From Camelus dromedarius (lineage: Eukaryota), in assembly GCF_036321535.1 (NCBI RefSeq), contig NC_087436.1:20648001-20712000 (forward strand): a stretch of DNA of 64,000 nucleotides, written 5' to 3'. Positions 11,975 to 25,747 of this stretch are shown here, piece by piece. Made by a program: the position numbers and the translations under genes. Under the pieces are notes generated by a model that was not told the origin of the DNA, did not search any database, and saw nothing but the letters and a program-made list of their open reading frames with translations. Each line of letters begins with the position of its first letter. The first letter of the stretch is position 1.

Positions 11975-14452
11975 CTGGGGAAAAAGAGCAATAAAATCAC
12001 ACTCCATTCTGGAAGTCAGAAACAGCACTGAGTATGAGGTCAATAAATATCTGACGAGTAAGCGAAGGGGCGGGAAAGGAGGGAACCGGTCCCAAAATGA
12101 TCCAAAAGATAATAAATGCGAAGAAATAAGGCTCTCACGCCTTCAGTCATTTGGAAGCCAGAAGTCAGAAGCTAATGGGAGACGTTTGTAGACAAATGGA
12201 TCATCCAGAGAAGCAGAGATCAGGAAGGAATGTCAATCGCTCGTAGAACTGACTCTGCTTAAAATGAGGATTTTAGTTCCTTCAAAGCTCTGCTCTGTTA
12301 GGGTATCTCTAACAAAGGGCCTTCCAAGTATCTCTATGTTCCCATTCCCTTCCCCCAGGATCTCCCAGTGGGAAGGGCGTGGCCAGAGAGGAAGGCCCAG
12401 TGCCTGGAGAATCACCAAGGCAATGTTAAGAAATGGTCAGTTTCCGATTTTGGTTGGAGGGAGGATCCACCACGTGGATTCCCTTGGCTTCCTCCCCTTC
12501 CCTGCTCCCAGGTGGTGCACGAAATATGCCTCATCTCTGATTACACCTTGAAGCCCCTTCTTGGGGTCAGTGCGGTTGGCCCGCGAAAGATGTTCAGAGC
12601 CATCCTTTTCAGGGAACAGGATGTCTTCCTAACAGAATGTTTACCATTATAATATAGGTAGAGAATGTAAAGATTAACTGCTAATAGGAGATGGAGACAT
12701 TAAATTCAGTATATAACTTAATTGTCCCTAAATGGATCTGAGATGTGCAGCCACTGTAGACAGAATCAAATTCCTTGAATACATGTCTTTATACTTTTAG
12801 GGCACAGGGTTATTTTAACCTTTTCCAGTGCATTCATCAAAATTCAGGGGTCCATGGCAGACATACGGGAAAGAAAGAACAAGGAGAAAATAGACTAATA
12901 CAGTCTTTTAAATTCATGGGTGATGAGTAAAAGTTTTTGCTTGGGCCAAAAATACTACAAATATACTACTTTCATAAAATGATTCTGGTTTATCTTATAT
13001 GTTCAAATTATTTAAATTGATTTAGTGGAAAGATTAAAGTACCTTATTGAAAGAAAAGTGCATATTAATTGAAAGAATGTCTATTTTCATTTATATCATG
13101 TTATTAATAACTATTATGGTATGTATCATACCACCTATATTCAAAATTATTTGTTTACCTTCAGCTTAACATACTGCTATTAGAAGGCACTGGATAATAT
13201 TTACTATCTGATGACTTGAGGTGACTTAAGAGGTTAGCCAAAATGTAAGTAAGGACTAAAACAGCAGAGATACTAACCACATAAGGGAAGCAGAGGGAAG
13301 ATACATTATCAGGGATTAGAATATTGTTGCATTTGAACACTGATTCTCATTTTTTGGCCAGTGAATGAAAAGGAAGACAGAATCGGTCATAGAATGTAAG
13401 CACTTGTTTTAAATATTCTAATTACTTAATTCCTGTTGAGTTTTCATTAGGATAGTTCTTTCTGAGATACGTAAGCATAGTATCAATCAATCACGTAACA
13501 TATTAGTGCTGAAGCAATTTAAGCTTAAAATGTATAGTGCATATGTGACTTGAAATGTTGGGTCCTTTTTAAAGACAACATATAAAGTAAACAAGTGATG
13601 GTTATAATTTTTTGAAACAAATACATGTTTTGAATAAAGATGGCCTTTATGAATTAAGGATAACATTAAATATTAACTTGGGACTTTTAATTTTCATTGG
13701 CTTTAATATTTGAAGTAGTAGAGATCAAAATCTTTTGTAAGTAATATGTGCATGCTGGTTGTTGAAAATGTACTTTCAGCAGAACACCTCTTGAACTCCA
13801 GGTATAAATTCATCTAATTTTCTTACTTCACACCAAGTAGAATTTAAACACGATTGCATGTGATTGCGGAAGTCTCAAATTAAAGGAATAAACCTCCTTT
13901 GCTCTCTCTGAGCAGCTGCACACTTAGTTGATGATTCACAAGGGAGTGGCAAAAAGAATTTAAAAATCTCATAATATGCCTCTAGATAAGTGCATTTTCC
14001 CCGTTTATATAAAAACACCCATTGAAAACCCCTGTTTTCAGTGTGCTGCAGCAAGAGAGCAAGCAGTAAATTCAGTGAGGGCATTTATGGAGTGTCCGGA
14101 AAATGCTGGCATCTAGAAAGGGGCTTTGCAAACACCAGGTCATTGGCTGGTGTGAAATCTCAAACTCAGGACTGAGAGCCCACAGCGATGATCTAAGTTG
14201 TGCTGCTTTCATTTTCTACTTTGGGAATGAACTCAATCATGTTTACGATGAACTTATATAAGTGAATTGTTTACATTAGGAAAATGGCAAAGATTTCATG
14301 TACAAGTTCAGAAATCGACTAAGCATTACTATGATTGGAAATGCCAATTTTGAACGCTAGATAATTTTAAAGGAAATAGCTGATGTTAAATCCTTGCATT
14401 CCCGGGGGTTGTCCCTTGCCCACGCTTTCCCAGGGACAACAGCAGCACTGAC

Positions 14453-14601
14453 CGATTCTGCAGAAGTCGCCTTCCCATCCGGGGCTGCAGCAGCACCTGC
14501 CGGTGGGGGTGCAGTGGCCGTTCCGACACAGCCGGGGGCACTCCGACGTCAGGGTCTGGGCGGGCTGCACCGTGGCTCTGCACTCCTCAGGCATCAGAGG
14601 T
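14453..14601 (-). CDS. HHIP: HHIP exon 12 (149 bp), EGF-like repeat 1: PLMPEECRATVQPAQTLTSECPRLCRNGHCTPTGRCCCSPGWEGDFCRI(A)
   Basis: Visible in ORF 14367..14594; EGF cysteine spacing; acceptor ttaacacag|A, donor ATCG|gtcagt; phase 2->1. Confidence 0.97.
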
Positions 14602-16573
14602 CTGTGTTAAAACACAACCGTTGAAAGAGCATTTTGGTTGGAAATCAACATTGGGATGAAGTGTAGTGATTTGGTAGCTTACACAGCGTGCCTCTTGCTT
14701 TCTAAAGAGACCTTCCTTTGAAGCGACTCAGACAGGAAGGTTGAGAGCTTTCTAAGAATAGAAAACACACACCGCCTGTGAGGAAACAAACCAACCAGTT
14801 TTGAACCAAAGGGAACATTTTAAACATTGTAAGAAACTTTATCATGATCAAAATTCATTACTAATAAGGTAACTAGGTTACACTGACATTTTGGTAGCTA
14901 AGAATTTTTGCAATTACAACTTGAAAAATAAAGATGAACAGTTATTTTAAAATTCTTTTTTCCCCCTCCCAGAACTCCAAATATTTTTAGGACCAGTATC
15001 TGAGATAGGTTTCACAAGTCATTGGCATATTTGGCAATATCACAGTTGAAGGCAGCCATCAAAATGAGCACTTGTAGCCTAAAAAGCTTAGGAATCTTCT
15101 TTTGTTTCACTCTTACATTTCTTTTGAGATGCTTTCCCTAGAATGATTGTTCTTGAAAGGACAAGGATAATATACGTGTGTGTTTACAACTGACTCAAAG
15201 TTTAAACTCTTTATGCAAAGAATGAGATATATAAAGATTTTACATACGTATATGTATTTACGTATTTTTATAATTTGATTTTGTCCCACTATAAAGAAAA
15301 AGAATGCTAATAGTAGCAAACAAAAACATCTTAACTCTCATGTAAAAAGTCATAGACTTTGTTTTAATTGCTCTATGACTGTCATTATTTAGAGAGGGAC
15401 TGAGATGCCTTCAGAAGAACATTTTTATAGTTCTTACTGTTTTTGAATGAGATGCTATCTTTCAAGCTGGTTCAGGCTGAAATCATGCTCACAACTGCTC
15501 ATTACCTAATCTTTGGGAAAAAATGCTGTGGTACTTGTCTACGAGTCACTGAGACCTGTGCCACGGTTGTGGTGAGAAAGCTCTTTCCAGTGAAGGAATG
15601 TAGACTGACAGCTTCCTCACCGGTCACATCACCACCATTAGGATAGTCAAAGCAGCTGGAGTCCTTAAACACCCTCTCAAAGAAGATGATAATTATAGGT
15701 CAAAACCACCGCAAGAGGTAAGTGATACAGCTTTCCGAGAGAAGCAAATAATTAAGCCTTGAGAATCAGATTTCTTGAGACAGGTTCTCTTGTTATGCCC
15801 CTAAGGCAAGATGAACAGTGATAATTTGGAGCCTGACCTCAGGTTGTTTCTACAATGGCTCAAAACCATATTAAAAATATATAATGACTTCTTTGGCGCC
15901 TCTCTCCAATAAAACCCCACTCTACATTGAAGGCATTGCGTTTTGCAACTAACCTGACAATTCAGAAAACTCCCTTAAATCTGTTTGACCTCTCATTTAA
16001 ATTTAGAAATGGTTGATTTATGTGAAAGGTACTTAAGGCATTCCACATGTTCCTTCAGAATATATTATCAAATATTTTCCATGTGCTCCCAATGGAGTCC
16101 TTCTGGGAGTAAGGAAAGAGTGTGATAAGGTGGAGAAAATGTTAAATGGTCATGCCAAGGAAAGTGAGGGCATCATCTGTGCTTTCTTATTGTTGAACAG
16201 CCCATGTCTGCTCTATTTCTTCCTCGTAGAAAATTCATGAGACGATGGTGGCATTTTTGACCATCAGAAGAGCAGTTTTCAGGAGTCATAAAGTTCTTCT
16301 GATTCCCAAGCCACCATCATTTACTGAGTGATATTCAGTGAACAGGTATTGTCCCAGTTTTACTGGTAACTGAAATTCTGTTTTTCCAGTTCTATTTGTT
16401 ACTCACTCATTCATTCTTTTTCTGACTCATTCAAAAGAAGGGACCCAGAGGTAGAAAGTGTCAGGAATGTTACATGTTCTATGTGATGCAAAATATGCAG
16501 GCACATAGCTCATGTGATGATATGGTTTAAGCCTGAGTAGATGAAGCTAAAGAGAAGACAACGTGGAGATCAA

Positions 16574-16686
16574 TAATGAAAAAGAATATGGAAAGGAATA
16601 TATATATATATAACTGAATCACTATGCTGTACACCAGAAATTAACACAACATTGTAAGTCAACTGTAGTTCAATAATAAAAAAAAT
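16574..16686 (+). mobile_element. 5'-truncated L1 3' end (artiodactyl/camelid type)
   Basis: taactgaatcactatgctgtacaccagaaattaacacaacattgtaa...aataaaaaa. Confidence 0.8.
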
Positions 16687-19469
16687 TATACCCACAAAGC
16701 TATAGCTGCTCAAAAAAAGAAAAAAGAAGAATGCAGGTGACTTTGATTAAACAACAACCAGAAGATGCTGTCTGTCTGAGGCAAAAGGTAGGGACACTGA
16801 CGCGAGTGCACTGGGAAAACATAAGGGGATGTGATGCCTATGGATTTATTACTAAAACGCACTTCTTCAGGGCAGGGTATCTGATCCTTGTTTTCTAGCT
16901 GATCCTCCAATTAAATACTCTGACTATTTTTCACCAAACATTCAAATATGTGGACACTGAGATTGTGGAGGGAGTTCTAAGTTGTTTTTTACCTGAGACT
17001 GAGCAAATGCTTATCTATCTGTGGATGGGATTACTTCATCCTTGGGCTTACTTAGCTTATCTAAGACTGTGTGGTTGTCATTTATAAACATGATGGTTCC
17101 CTTACATTTTTATTTAATTAGCTAGGAAAATGATCTTTATTTGTCCTTTATGAAGTTGATAATTAACATTCCTCACTTAGCATGTTAAATAAATCCCCCC
17201 TTCCTTTTAGACTGTTATTCTATTGGGGAATCCTTTAATATGAAAATTTACATAAAACATAGCTCATCACTTACAGGACTTCACCTCTCTGAAGGAACGA
17301 GTTGTCCTATTTCCCCTTCCCCATTGACATGAAAGCTTCCTGGGGGAACAAACTACATATTCAACCCTCTTCAAGTCTAGTCATTTACTCTGCAAGGGAC
17401 TGTGCTCTTCATGGGGATAAGACAGAAACAAAACAGGGTTCTGATCCTCACGGAGACCACCATGGGGGAAGACAGACAGGCAAACACAAAAGTATTTAGT
17501 ATTAATTTGGGATTGAGGGATGTTATAGAAAGATAATATTTAAGCTACTGAAGTATCTTATCTCCTTCAACTACTTATAATCATAGGAGCTAGGAAAATA
17601 CTATATAAGCATTTGATAAATGTTTATCCAACTAAATTGAATGTATATAGTAGAAACTTTTTCAAATACATTTTCTGGACTATAAACTCCATGAAGACAA
17701 ATATTTCCCTCTCTTCTCTCATGTCTTTCCTGGACCTAGAAGACTATACAGCACATGGAAGATGCTTCTTAACAATCTGTTGAATGAATGAATGAAATTA
17801 ATGGGATTTTAAAAGGATGTTTGTTTCTTTAAAATGCTATTGAGTGATGATATTCAGGATATGTGGACTATTTAGGGGAGGGATAACGTTAAATTCAAAT
17901 TCCTGTACTTTTATATCATAAGCATAAAACTAAAAACACTCACTGTATTTCTCTCTATTGTCTAAGTTAACTCAAATGTTACAAAATTCTTCTAAGGCAT
18001 GATTAAACTCATTTTAAATAAAGCATTTTTACACTAATTATAATCATAATAAATAAACAACAGGCTAAGAAGTAAGTATGACATAAAGAGATATGATTGT
18101 TTTCTCCTCCAGCTGGGAATTAAGTCAGCATATGAAAATTTATTTTTCTAGTAATATATTTGGGAAAGTCTGACAAAGGTTTTTGGTGATGCCAACCATC
18201 CGTCTCCTCTCCACCCACTCTTTGTTCTAGTGACATTTCTTCCTTCCATTGAAAAGAATGGGGTTCCTTTACATGGAATGAGGAGAAGGAAAGGGAATAA
18301 AACACGTTAATTTGAAATTTACTATTATTGTCACCTTGAAATAGACCATCTTGTGTATTCATAATTTCCACATCTACACACCTAGACCTGCACAAAAATC
18401 TGGAGTATATACCTATGATAGATTAACTCATTTTTCATTCTTATTTTTACTGGACTAGGAAATTGGGTGTTTTAATGCAGGCCTAATAAGAATTGCTTAG
18501 TCTTGTTCTTCTTTGAAACAATTACTTTCTAAACTTTTGGATCCTTAGCTCTACTGAATGAAGTCTGAGATAGCTTTCAAACTAGAAAACTTACCCAAAA
18601 GGATATGTAGGTTTGAAATAAACAATATATGGCGCCCATTTTTTGACAGTTTTCCCCAAAGTTCTCAAACTTAATTTAGATTGGAAGAACACATTTCCCA
18701 GTCCCTTTACACATGACAAATAATGAAACACTAAAGGGCTAGAGCAGAAAATTGTCCGACATTTTTTAATGTATAAAGCATTGTTTTCAGAAATGTAAGA
18801 CATCTTCTCAGAAACGTACTTTGGCTGGTTTTGTGTTGTAGCGTAAAGCTTCAGATACTTTCTTGAAATAAAGGAGGAAGTTGAAAAGCCTGAGTAATTT
18901 GTAACACACATCATATGTGATGACTTTTTGTGAACAGCTAAGGCCAACTGTGAATGTCTCCCGGGTAGTGGGATGAAGGATGGTTTTAATTTTATGATTT
19001 TAATTTAATAAATGAATGAACCAATCAATTATAAGAAGTCTTCTGTGCATTTGTATAGAAACACAGGGGTAAATTCTGTCTTGGCAGGCCTGCTCTTCAG
19101 AGTGAGTGATGCAGAAATCTATCTACCATGTCTTTTACAAAAAGTAAAGGGACTCATTCTGAAATTTTTGTTAGGGGTCAGGATTTTTAATTTGTGTTAC
19201 TATAAAACAAGGCACATAGCTCATGAGTCATACTCATTTATAAAATCCTAGCTCATTAGAAGTTTCAGAAGATGTAATAATTCTATAGCTTCTCTCAGTC
19301 AATCTGCTTGAGGTGATGAAGGAGGTGCTGTTAGAACTGTCTTATTCTTTTATCCATATTCACTTTGGGGCGCATGGAAAAGTGTTCCTTTGTGACTGTA
19401 ACCTTGGCAAAACTGTTTTTCTCCCATGCTTTTTCCCATTCTCACGAGGCAGGAAAAAACTGCTAAGTC

Positions 19470-19640
19470 TAAATCCTCAGTACTCAGTGTGGTCCCGGAA
19501 CAGTAGCCCCAGTGTCACCCGGGAGTTTGTTAGAAACGCAGACTCTCAAGGACCCCACCTCTCAGAACTACAGAATCAGAATCTGCACTTCAGCCAGTCT
19601 GTCAGGTGATTCACATGCATATTCCAGCCTGAGAGGCACT
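19470..19640. mobile_element. MER5A-like DNA transposon
   Basis: gtgtggtccc...gggagtttgttagaaacgcagactctca...gaatcagaatctgcac. Confidence 0.75.
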
Positions 19641-20078
19641 TTTCTAAATCAGGACCATTCCCGGCCAGTAGTGATTAACGGGGCCATGAAAGGAGTATGG
19701 TCAGGGCTTCCGAAATCTTATGATTGGATGGAATTTCGCCTCTGCCCAAGGAGGCAGTCTTTGTATGCCACCATAGATTCTGTGGTTTAATGGATTTCCT
19801 CACTCTGTAAGCATTTTGATATACAGCAATAACCCATAACCACTCATTGTTCCTAAAACCATTACTCAGCACTTTTACCTAAAAAAAGTAAGGAAGTGGA
19901 AAATTTTTCATGATGGGATAGATTTTACTGTTTTCCACTTACATAGCTTGAGGCATAGGAATGAGCACCAGTGTGTTAGTGCTGTGTCTTGTTTATTTAT
20001 TGCATATGCACAGGTGATGTTTTATTCAGGGGTAGGAAACTGTTGGCTGGCTTTAAGTTGTGGCATTATCCTACTGAC

Positions 20079-20325
20079 TTTTTTTTTTAATTGAAGTATA
20101 GTTGATTTACAATGTTGTGATGTTATGTTAGTTTCTGGTGTGCAGCATAGGGATTAAGTTATACATATATATTCTTTTTTTAGATCTTTTTCTATTATAG
20201 GTTATTACAAGATAGTGAATGTAGTTCCCTGTGCTATACAGAAGGTCCTTGTTGTTTATCTGTTTTATATAGAGTAGCTTGTATCTGTTAATCCCAAACT
20301 CCTAGTTTATCCCTCCCCTCTCCTC
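20079..20325 (-). mobile_element. L1 3' end fragment (same family)
   Basis: ttttaattgaagtatagttgatttacaatgttg...gttccctgtgctatacag. Confidence 0.85.
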
Positions 20326-23300
20326 ACCGTGTCATCTCTTAAATATTTATTTTAGTGCCTTTCTTGAAGGTCAACATACAAACTAATTTTTTTTTTTTTA
20401 AGTCTAGATGATTTTCTTTCATCTGGATGTTCACTAAATTCTTCTCTCATGTTGACATTTCTCTTTTCAGTGTCAGTTTACCCATGACAGGTAGAATTTT
20501 GGATTTTGATGGACTTAGCATGTCCTGTGACTACACATAACCATTTTGTAGCAGTTCACAAAACAATAATACATCATAGAAGTTCAGTTTGGCTGTGAGG
20601 AATCTCATACATTCCTGATGCAATCGTATTCCAAGTAGGAGAACAGAGAAAACGGAATGTGTTTCTGTGTAACCAGGCAATATTGATCTCATTGAGACTT
20701 CATGGCTGTGCAGATGGTAATACATCTTTACTAAGAATATTTTTCAAGTATTTTTTTGAGATATACCAAAACACTGAATGTTTTAAGAGCTACTTGCTTT
20801 CATTCATTCTTAAAGAATGCCTTCCTTGACCTTATATCATATGTAGGCTGCTTAGAAAAATCTTTTTATATATGTCTCGAGCAACCTTGATATTAGGGTA
20901 AAGGGAAAAGAAACTGAAATTCAAGAATCACTCTGAACTTATGAACATTAAGTATCATATTAAATATTTTAAATTTGTACTGTATATTTCTAGAATTCAA
21001 ATTTGGAATGGGAAAACCAGTGTTCTGTCTTATTTCTCAAACTACTGCATGTAATGAAATGAGCTGAACAAGGGGGGCTCGGCCTTGGCTCTCTTCTCCG
21101 TGTCCAACATGCCTTCATCTTGAGATCTCTGACTTAAATGCTGAGTACGTGCTAGTGTTGGCTGGCTTTAATACAGCAGTTTGGGATCGGATGGATGCTA
21201 AACTCAAAGAGGACAGAGGTAGCAGCAGTTTGGTGGTTTGGGCTGCAACTTCCACAACTACTTGCTCAGTTTTGTTCTGGGGTTAAAGATACGACCACAA
21301 TGAAAGCAAATAATGAAGCCCCTTAAACACTTTTCAGTAATTTCATATTCAGCTTTATCCTCATGAGACAGGGCTGGTCTTCTTATTCCCAAAGTCAGAT
21401 GATCAGAATGTGGACGAGGGGATTAAATAGCATTCACACAGCTAATTACAGATCATCTGGAACTCTTTCCTAGCACAGCTTCCTACTCAACTGGTCCTCT
21501 TCAGGAAAGAGGGAGCCAGGCACGTGTATTTCAGGCCCTATTCACCTTCCTATCCAAACACCACCACCTCGATACACAAGTATCTAAAAGGGTGTGTGGA
21601 TTGCCGTCATTCAACCTTATCAGCTCAACTCAATGTATATGTTTCCCAGGGAAAACTAAGGAATGGAAAGTTATGCATTTCCTTAAAAGGAAAACCTAGG
21701 AGAAATGACTAATGAAACTAGATAATAAGGTCATCTGCCTTTAGGGAAAAGAAAGACAAAGTACAGTTTTATTAAATTGCCTTACGTGTTTCTTGTATTA
21801 TGTTTTCCAGGACCTAAATTCAGAAACTGGTCTACTACATTTGTTAGTGGTAAATGTAGAAAAATAGGCATTTCCACTTTAATTCAGTGGACTTGTTCCT
21901 GAAAAATCTGATATTCTACAGAATCACATACTGAAAATAATAAGGCTTATGGGAAAAATTAAGTTGGGGCAGACCCCTTGAAGACTACACAACTTTGAAA
22001 CTAAAGCACTAAGAGAAACAAAACTTGGTACCTCGGGAGGGGGCGACCCAGGAGCAGGTCAGCCTTAGCTCAGGGGAGATTAGAAACACATAAAACCAAC
22101 ATGGCGATGGAAGTGAAGCTTTGAACTCAGGAGGAAGGGAACCCCGTGGAGAGCCAAGCAAGGCTGACGGAGTGCCTCCTGGGGGAGGGGAACCCAGTGC
22201 AGGCACTTATTTATCACTTTTACATTCAGCTAAGAAGACTCCTTCTGCCTGTGCAATGGCAGGACTGAGACCACGTTCCTTTTCTTGTAATTCTGACTCT
22301 ACTTGCTTGAAAAGCTATAGAATTTCCAAGTTCTGCAGTCATCATTCTCTTTTATAGGTGGGCTAATCAGTGTGAAAGGCAATCACATCATAGCAGAACA
22401 GACCGGACCAGGAAGCCAAATCATGGTGAGTTTTACCCACCTGAGTACCCCAGAACCTCTGGGCTGTTAATTTGGCAATTTATAATACACAATGTTCTGG
22501 CATAATTTTGTGGTCCCAGAAGGACAATATTTATCTTAGATAATATTAAATAATATTACATTTTTGACAATGTGTGCAATCTCCTGATATAAGGTAAAAG
22601 TAAACTGGAAGAAGGGGCTTAATTCTCATTTATATTCTCCTTCCATAGCACATAATACAGGATCTTGAACACAGGAGACAAACAAAAGATACCTGTAGGC
22701 TGATTAAATCCCATGATTAATCCTGGAGTATAATTGTACTTACTCCGATACGACACAAAATTAAAAACTGAAAAATTAGGGTATAATAAAAAGCTAATGC
22801 CATTGCTTCCTAATATAAAGAAGGAGCTGTATTCTGTTCATAATTTTACATCCAAAATCAATTTTTTAAATTAAAAACTTAATTTATAAGCCATAATTGA
22901 TAAAAATATTAGACACTAAATAAGAAATGTTTGTAATTGGGAAAATAGGCATTTTAAATAACACCTTGATTACAACATGATTCAAAAGACTTAAAGCCTA
23001 TTTTCCTTTTAGAAATAGTCTAGAAAACAAATCTTTTTCCCACTTAAAAAACTGCAGATCCGCTAGTGTTTCAATTTTATGTCATATGAAGGCAGACATT
23101 TTAAATATCACTAAATGCTTTAAATGGAGGTACAAATTTGCAATGAGTTCCTGTCCTTTAAAATAGCACAAAAATGTCAGTTTAAATTCTCTTTGAAGAC
23201 TATTAGGATGACAAATTCCCAAATTTTGATGTTATACTTTTTGATTCATTTGTCTATGTTGACAAAAATGAATCTTTAAGCAACAGATTTTTTAACTCAA

Positions 23301-23499
23301 CTAAAATGAATTAGTAAAAAATGATGCTAAGGTGAAATTTTTTCTTTAAAAAGTGCATCTTCTTCTTGAAAACATCATTTTACAAATTTATGTAGCTGTT
23401 TTATGCAAGATTAAATCTGCCATTATCTCAAGTACTGCAATATCTGATGAGACATTATCTCATAATAAAAGTATAAGATATTCAGAAGGTCTAGTTTTG

Positions 23500-23690
23500 T
23501 AGATACTACTATATATAAAATAGATTAATAATAAGGTCTGCTGTACAGCACAGGGAAATATATTCAATGCCTTGTAATGGCCTATAATGAAAAAGAATTT
23601 GAAAAGAAATGGATATATAACTGAATCACTATGCTGTACCCCAGAAATTGACACAACACTGTAAATTGACTATACTTCAATTAAAAAAAA
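23500..23690 (+). mobile_element. L1 3' end fragment (same family)
   Basis: ctgtacagcacaggga...actgaatcactatgctgtac...tatacttcaattaaaaaaa. Confidence 0.85.
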
Positions 23691-24359
23691 TAGAAGTTGC
23701 AATAAATAATATCAGATTTCTACCACTGTCCCAGGCAGGGAAGAAACATGGGTGTTAAAAAGAAACGCTTTTAAGAGTTTTTGACTCTTAACAAATGAAT
23801 CCCTTTTTGAAGAATATATTTTTAATTATTCATAATCTCCATGTTAGGTATTTTTAACAAATGCCACTTATAAGTGGCAATTCAATCATGTTTTCATAGC
23901 AATTTGTACAATTACTCTACAAACTGATATTCCAATATTCAAAATGGATAGTTTAAGAAAGACTACTATCAGTATAAAGCAGAAAATTCCCTTGGATGCT
24001 GTGGTCCCATGTCACATCTTCAGAAAATAAGATATAACTGTAGGAAGCCTTAGAGTATAAGCTTTTAAAATAACATGGTTATTTAGATAAATCTTTTTTA
24101 TAAATTATGATATAATATTTTCTATATGTTTTTAAGTAAGTGATGGCTCTACATAGCATTGTGTGGAATACCTGAGTATGTTTAAGTGTGTTTGTGTACC
24201 TATGGACGCATACACAAATCTTGGGAAAGCATGAATAAAACTCTAGTTACACTTAAGCCACTACCGTATATTACGTATAGGTGCTCATCCATTCATTAGA
24301 AATGTTTACTTTGATCTTGTCCCGTTCTCTTATAATAGATCTTAAAAATTTCAGAAGTT

Positions 24360-24462
24360 GGGGGAGGGTATAGCTTAGTGGAAGAGTGAGTGCTTAGCAT
24401 GCACAAGGTCCTGGGTTCAATCCCTAGTACCTCCCAAAACTTAAAAAATAAATAACATAAAA
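24360..24462 (+). mobile_element. Vic-1-type SINE
   Basis: ggggagggtatagcttagtgg...ctgggttcaatccctagtacctcc plus A-rich tail; TSD aaaaatttcagaag at 24344-24357 and 24463-24476. Confidence 0.9.
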
Positions 24463-25619
24463 AAAAATTTCAGAAGCTATCTGACAGCTTAGGAAGTATT
24501 GTGCACCACAACCTAAGATGTAGCACACTGAGAATAAAACATAAGCTGGTGAGATAAGCATATACCATTTTTAGTTATTGGACGTGTAGGAAAATAAAGA
24601 GCAAAAATGTGGAACATGCTTCCCTGTCTTTTAGACTTCAAATCCACCATGCTGAATGGATTTTTATAGGGCATATACTTGTTCATGACCTCTAGTGTTA
24701 AGAAATTCTGTCATGTTTGAAAACTAGTCCCTCGTTGAGCCTATGTCCCTGTTAATAGCTGAAAGGTCAATGGAGCTGCTAAACAGTTTGTATTACTGTC
24801 AGGGTGGCCATGAAAACACCGCCTGCAGCAAGAGGACTTGGCAGCTGGGTCAACAGGCACTGGGGGGATTTATCAACCCAGGGAGGCCACTTGCATAAAA
24901 CTTTGACTGATGAATTGGGACCAGACTGGCTTATTGGGCTAAACCCTCTCCATTATGCATGGCTTTCTTTAGGATGGCAGAGCTGCCTGCCGGCTCCCTG
25001 AGACATATGTGAAGGATAAACAGAACTGATTTCCTCTCACGAAGTGATTTTCGTGAGAAAAAAGAAAAAGCCCTCTTTAGCATCCAGTATAAGGAGTAGG
25101 ATGAAGATATTAAGAAAAAAATAAACAAAGAGCAGTAAGTGGGGCCGTCGAGGGGAGGAGCGGGGAGGAGGCAGGAGGGACAGTTCCTGATATGGTCACA
25201 TGGGAGTCAGGGACATGACATTTCTATAAAATGACCTCTGAAGCCGGGAATCTGCATTGTTAATTTATAGATCTCTTCGGGGAATGGGCTGTGTGACTTG
25301 GGTGGGGAACAGATAAGCAACAGGTAAAATACATAAGACTAGGTGCACAGTAATTCAATCAACATATTTAAGAATAATTTTGTTCTACAAGTTCCTGGAG
25401 AAATAATCCTGGAAACATTTCCAAATCAAAAAAGATCATTTAGTTTAAGTTCATCTGAAACAAAACGTCAAAGGATCTTTGTCAATCGTGTGAAAAAAAA
25501 TTGTGTTCTACAAAAATAAAGCTGGGAAAGTTCATAACTCTGTCAGGATTCTTTAATTTCCATCCCCCAGGAGCATCTGTTTGATTCGGAAAAGATTTAT
25601 CAAAGAGCAAGCATCCAAG

Positions 25620-25747
25620 GGGAGAGGGTATAGCTCAGTGGTTACAGTGCTTGCTTAGCATGCCTGAGGTCCTGGGTTCAATCCCCAGCACCTCCACTTA
25701 AATAAATAAATACTCCCCCCAATTAAATAAATAAATAAATATTTAAA
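25620..25747 (+). mobile_element. Vic-1-type SINE
   Basis: tRNA head, (TAAA)n tail; TSD aaagag(c/a)aagcatccaag. Confidence 0.9.
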
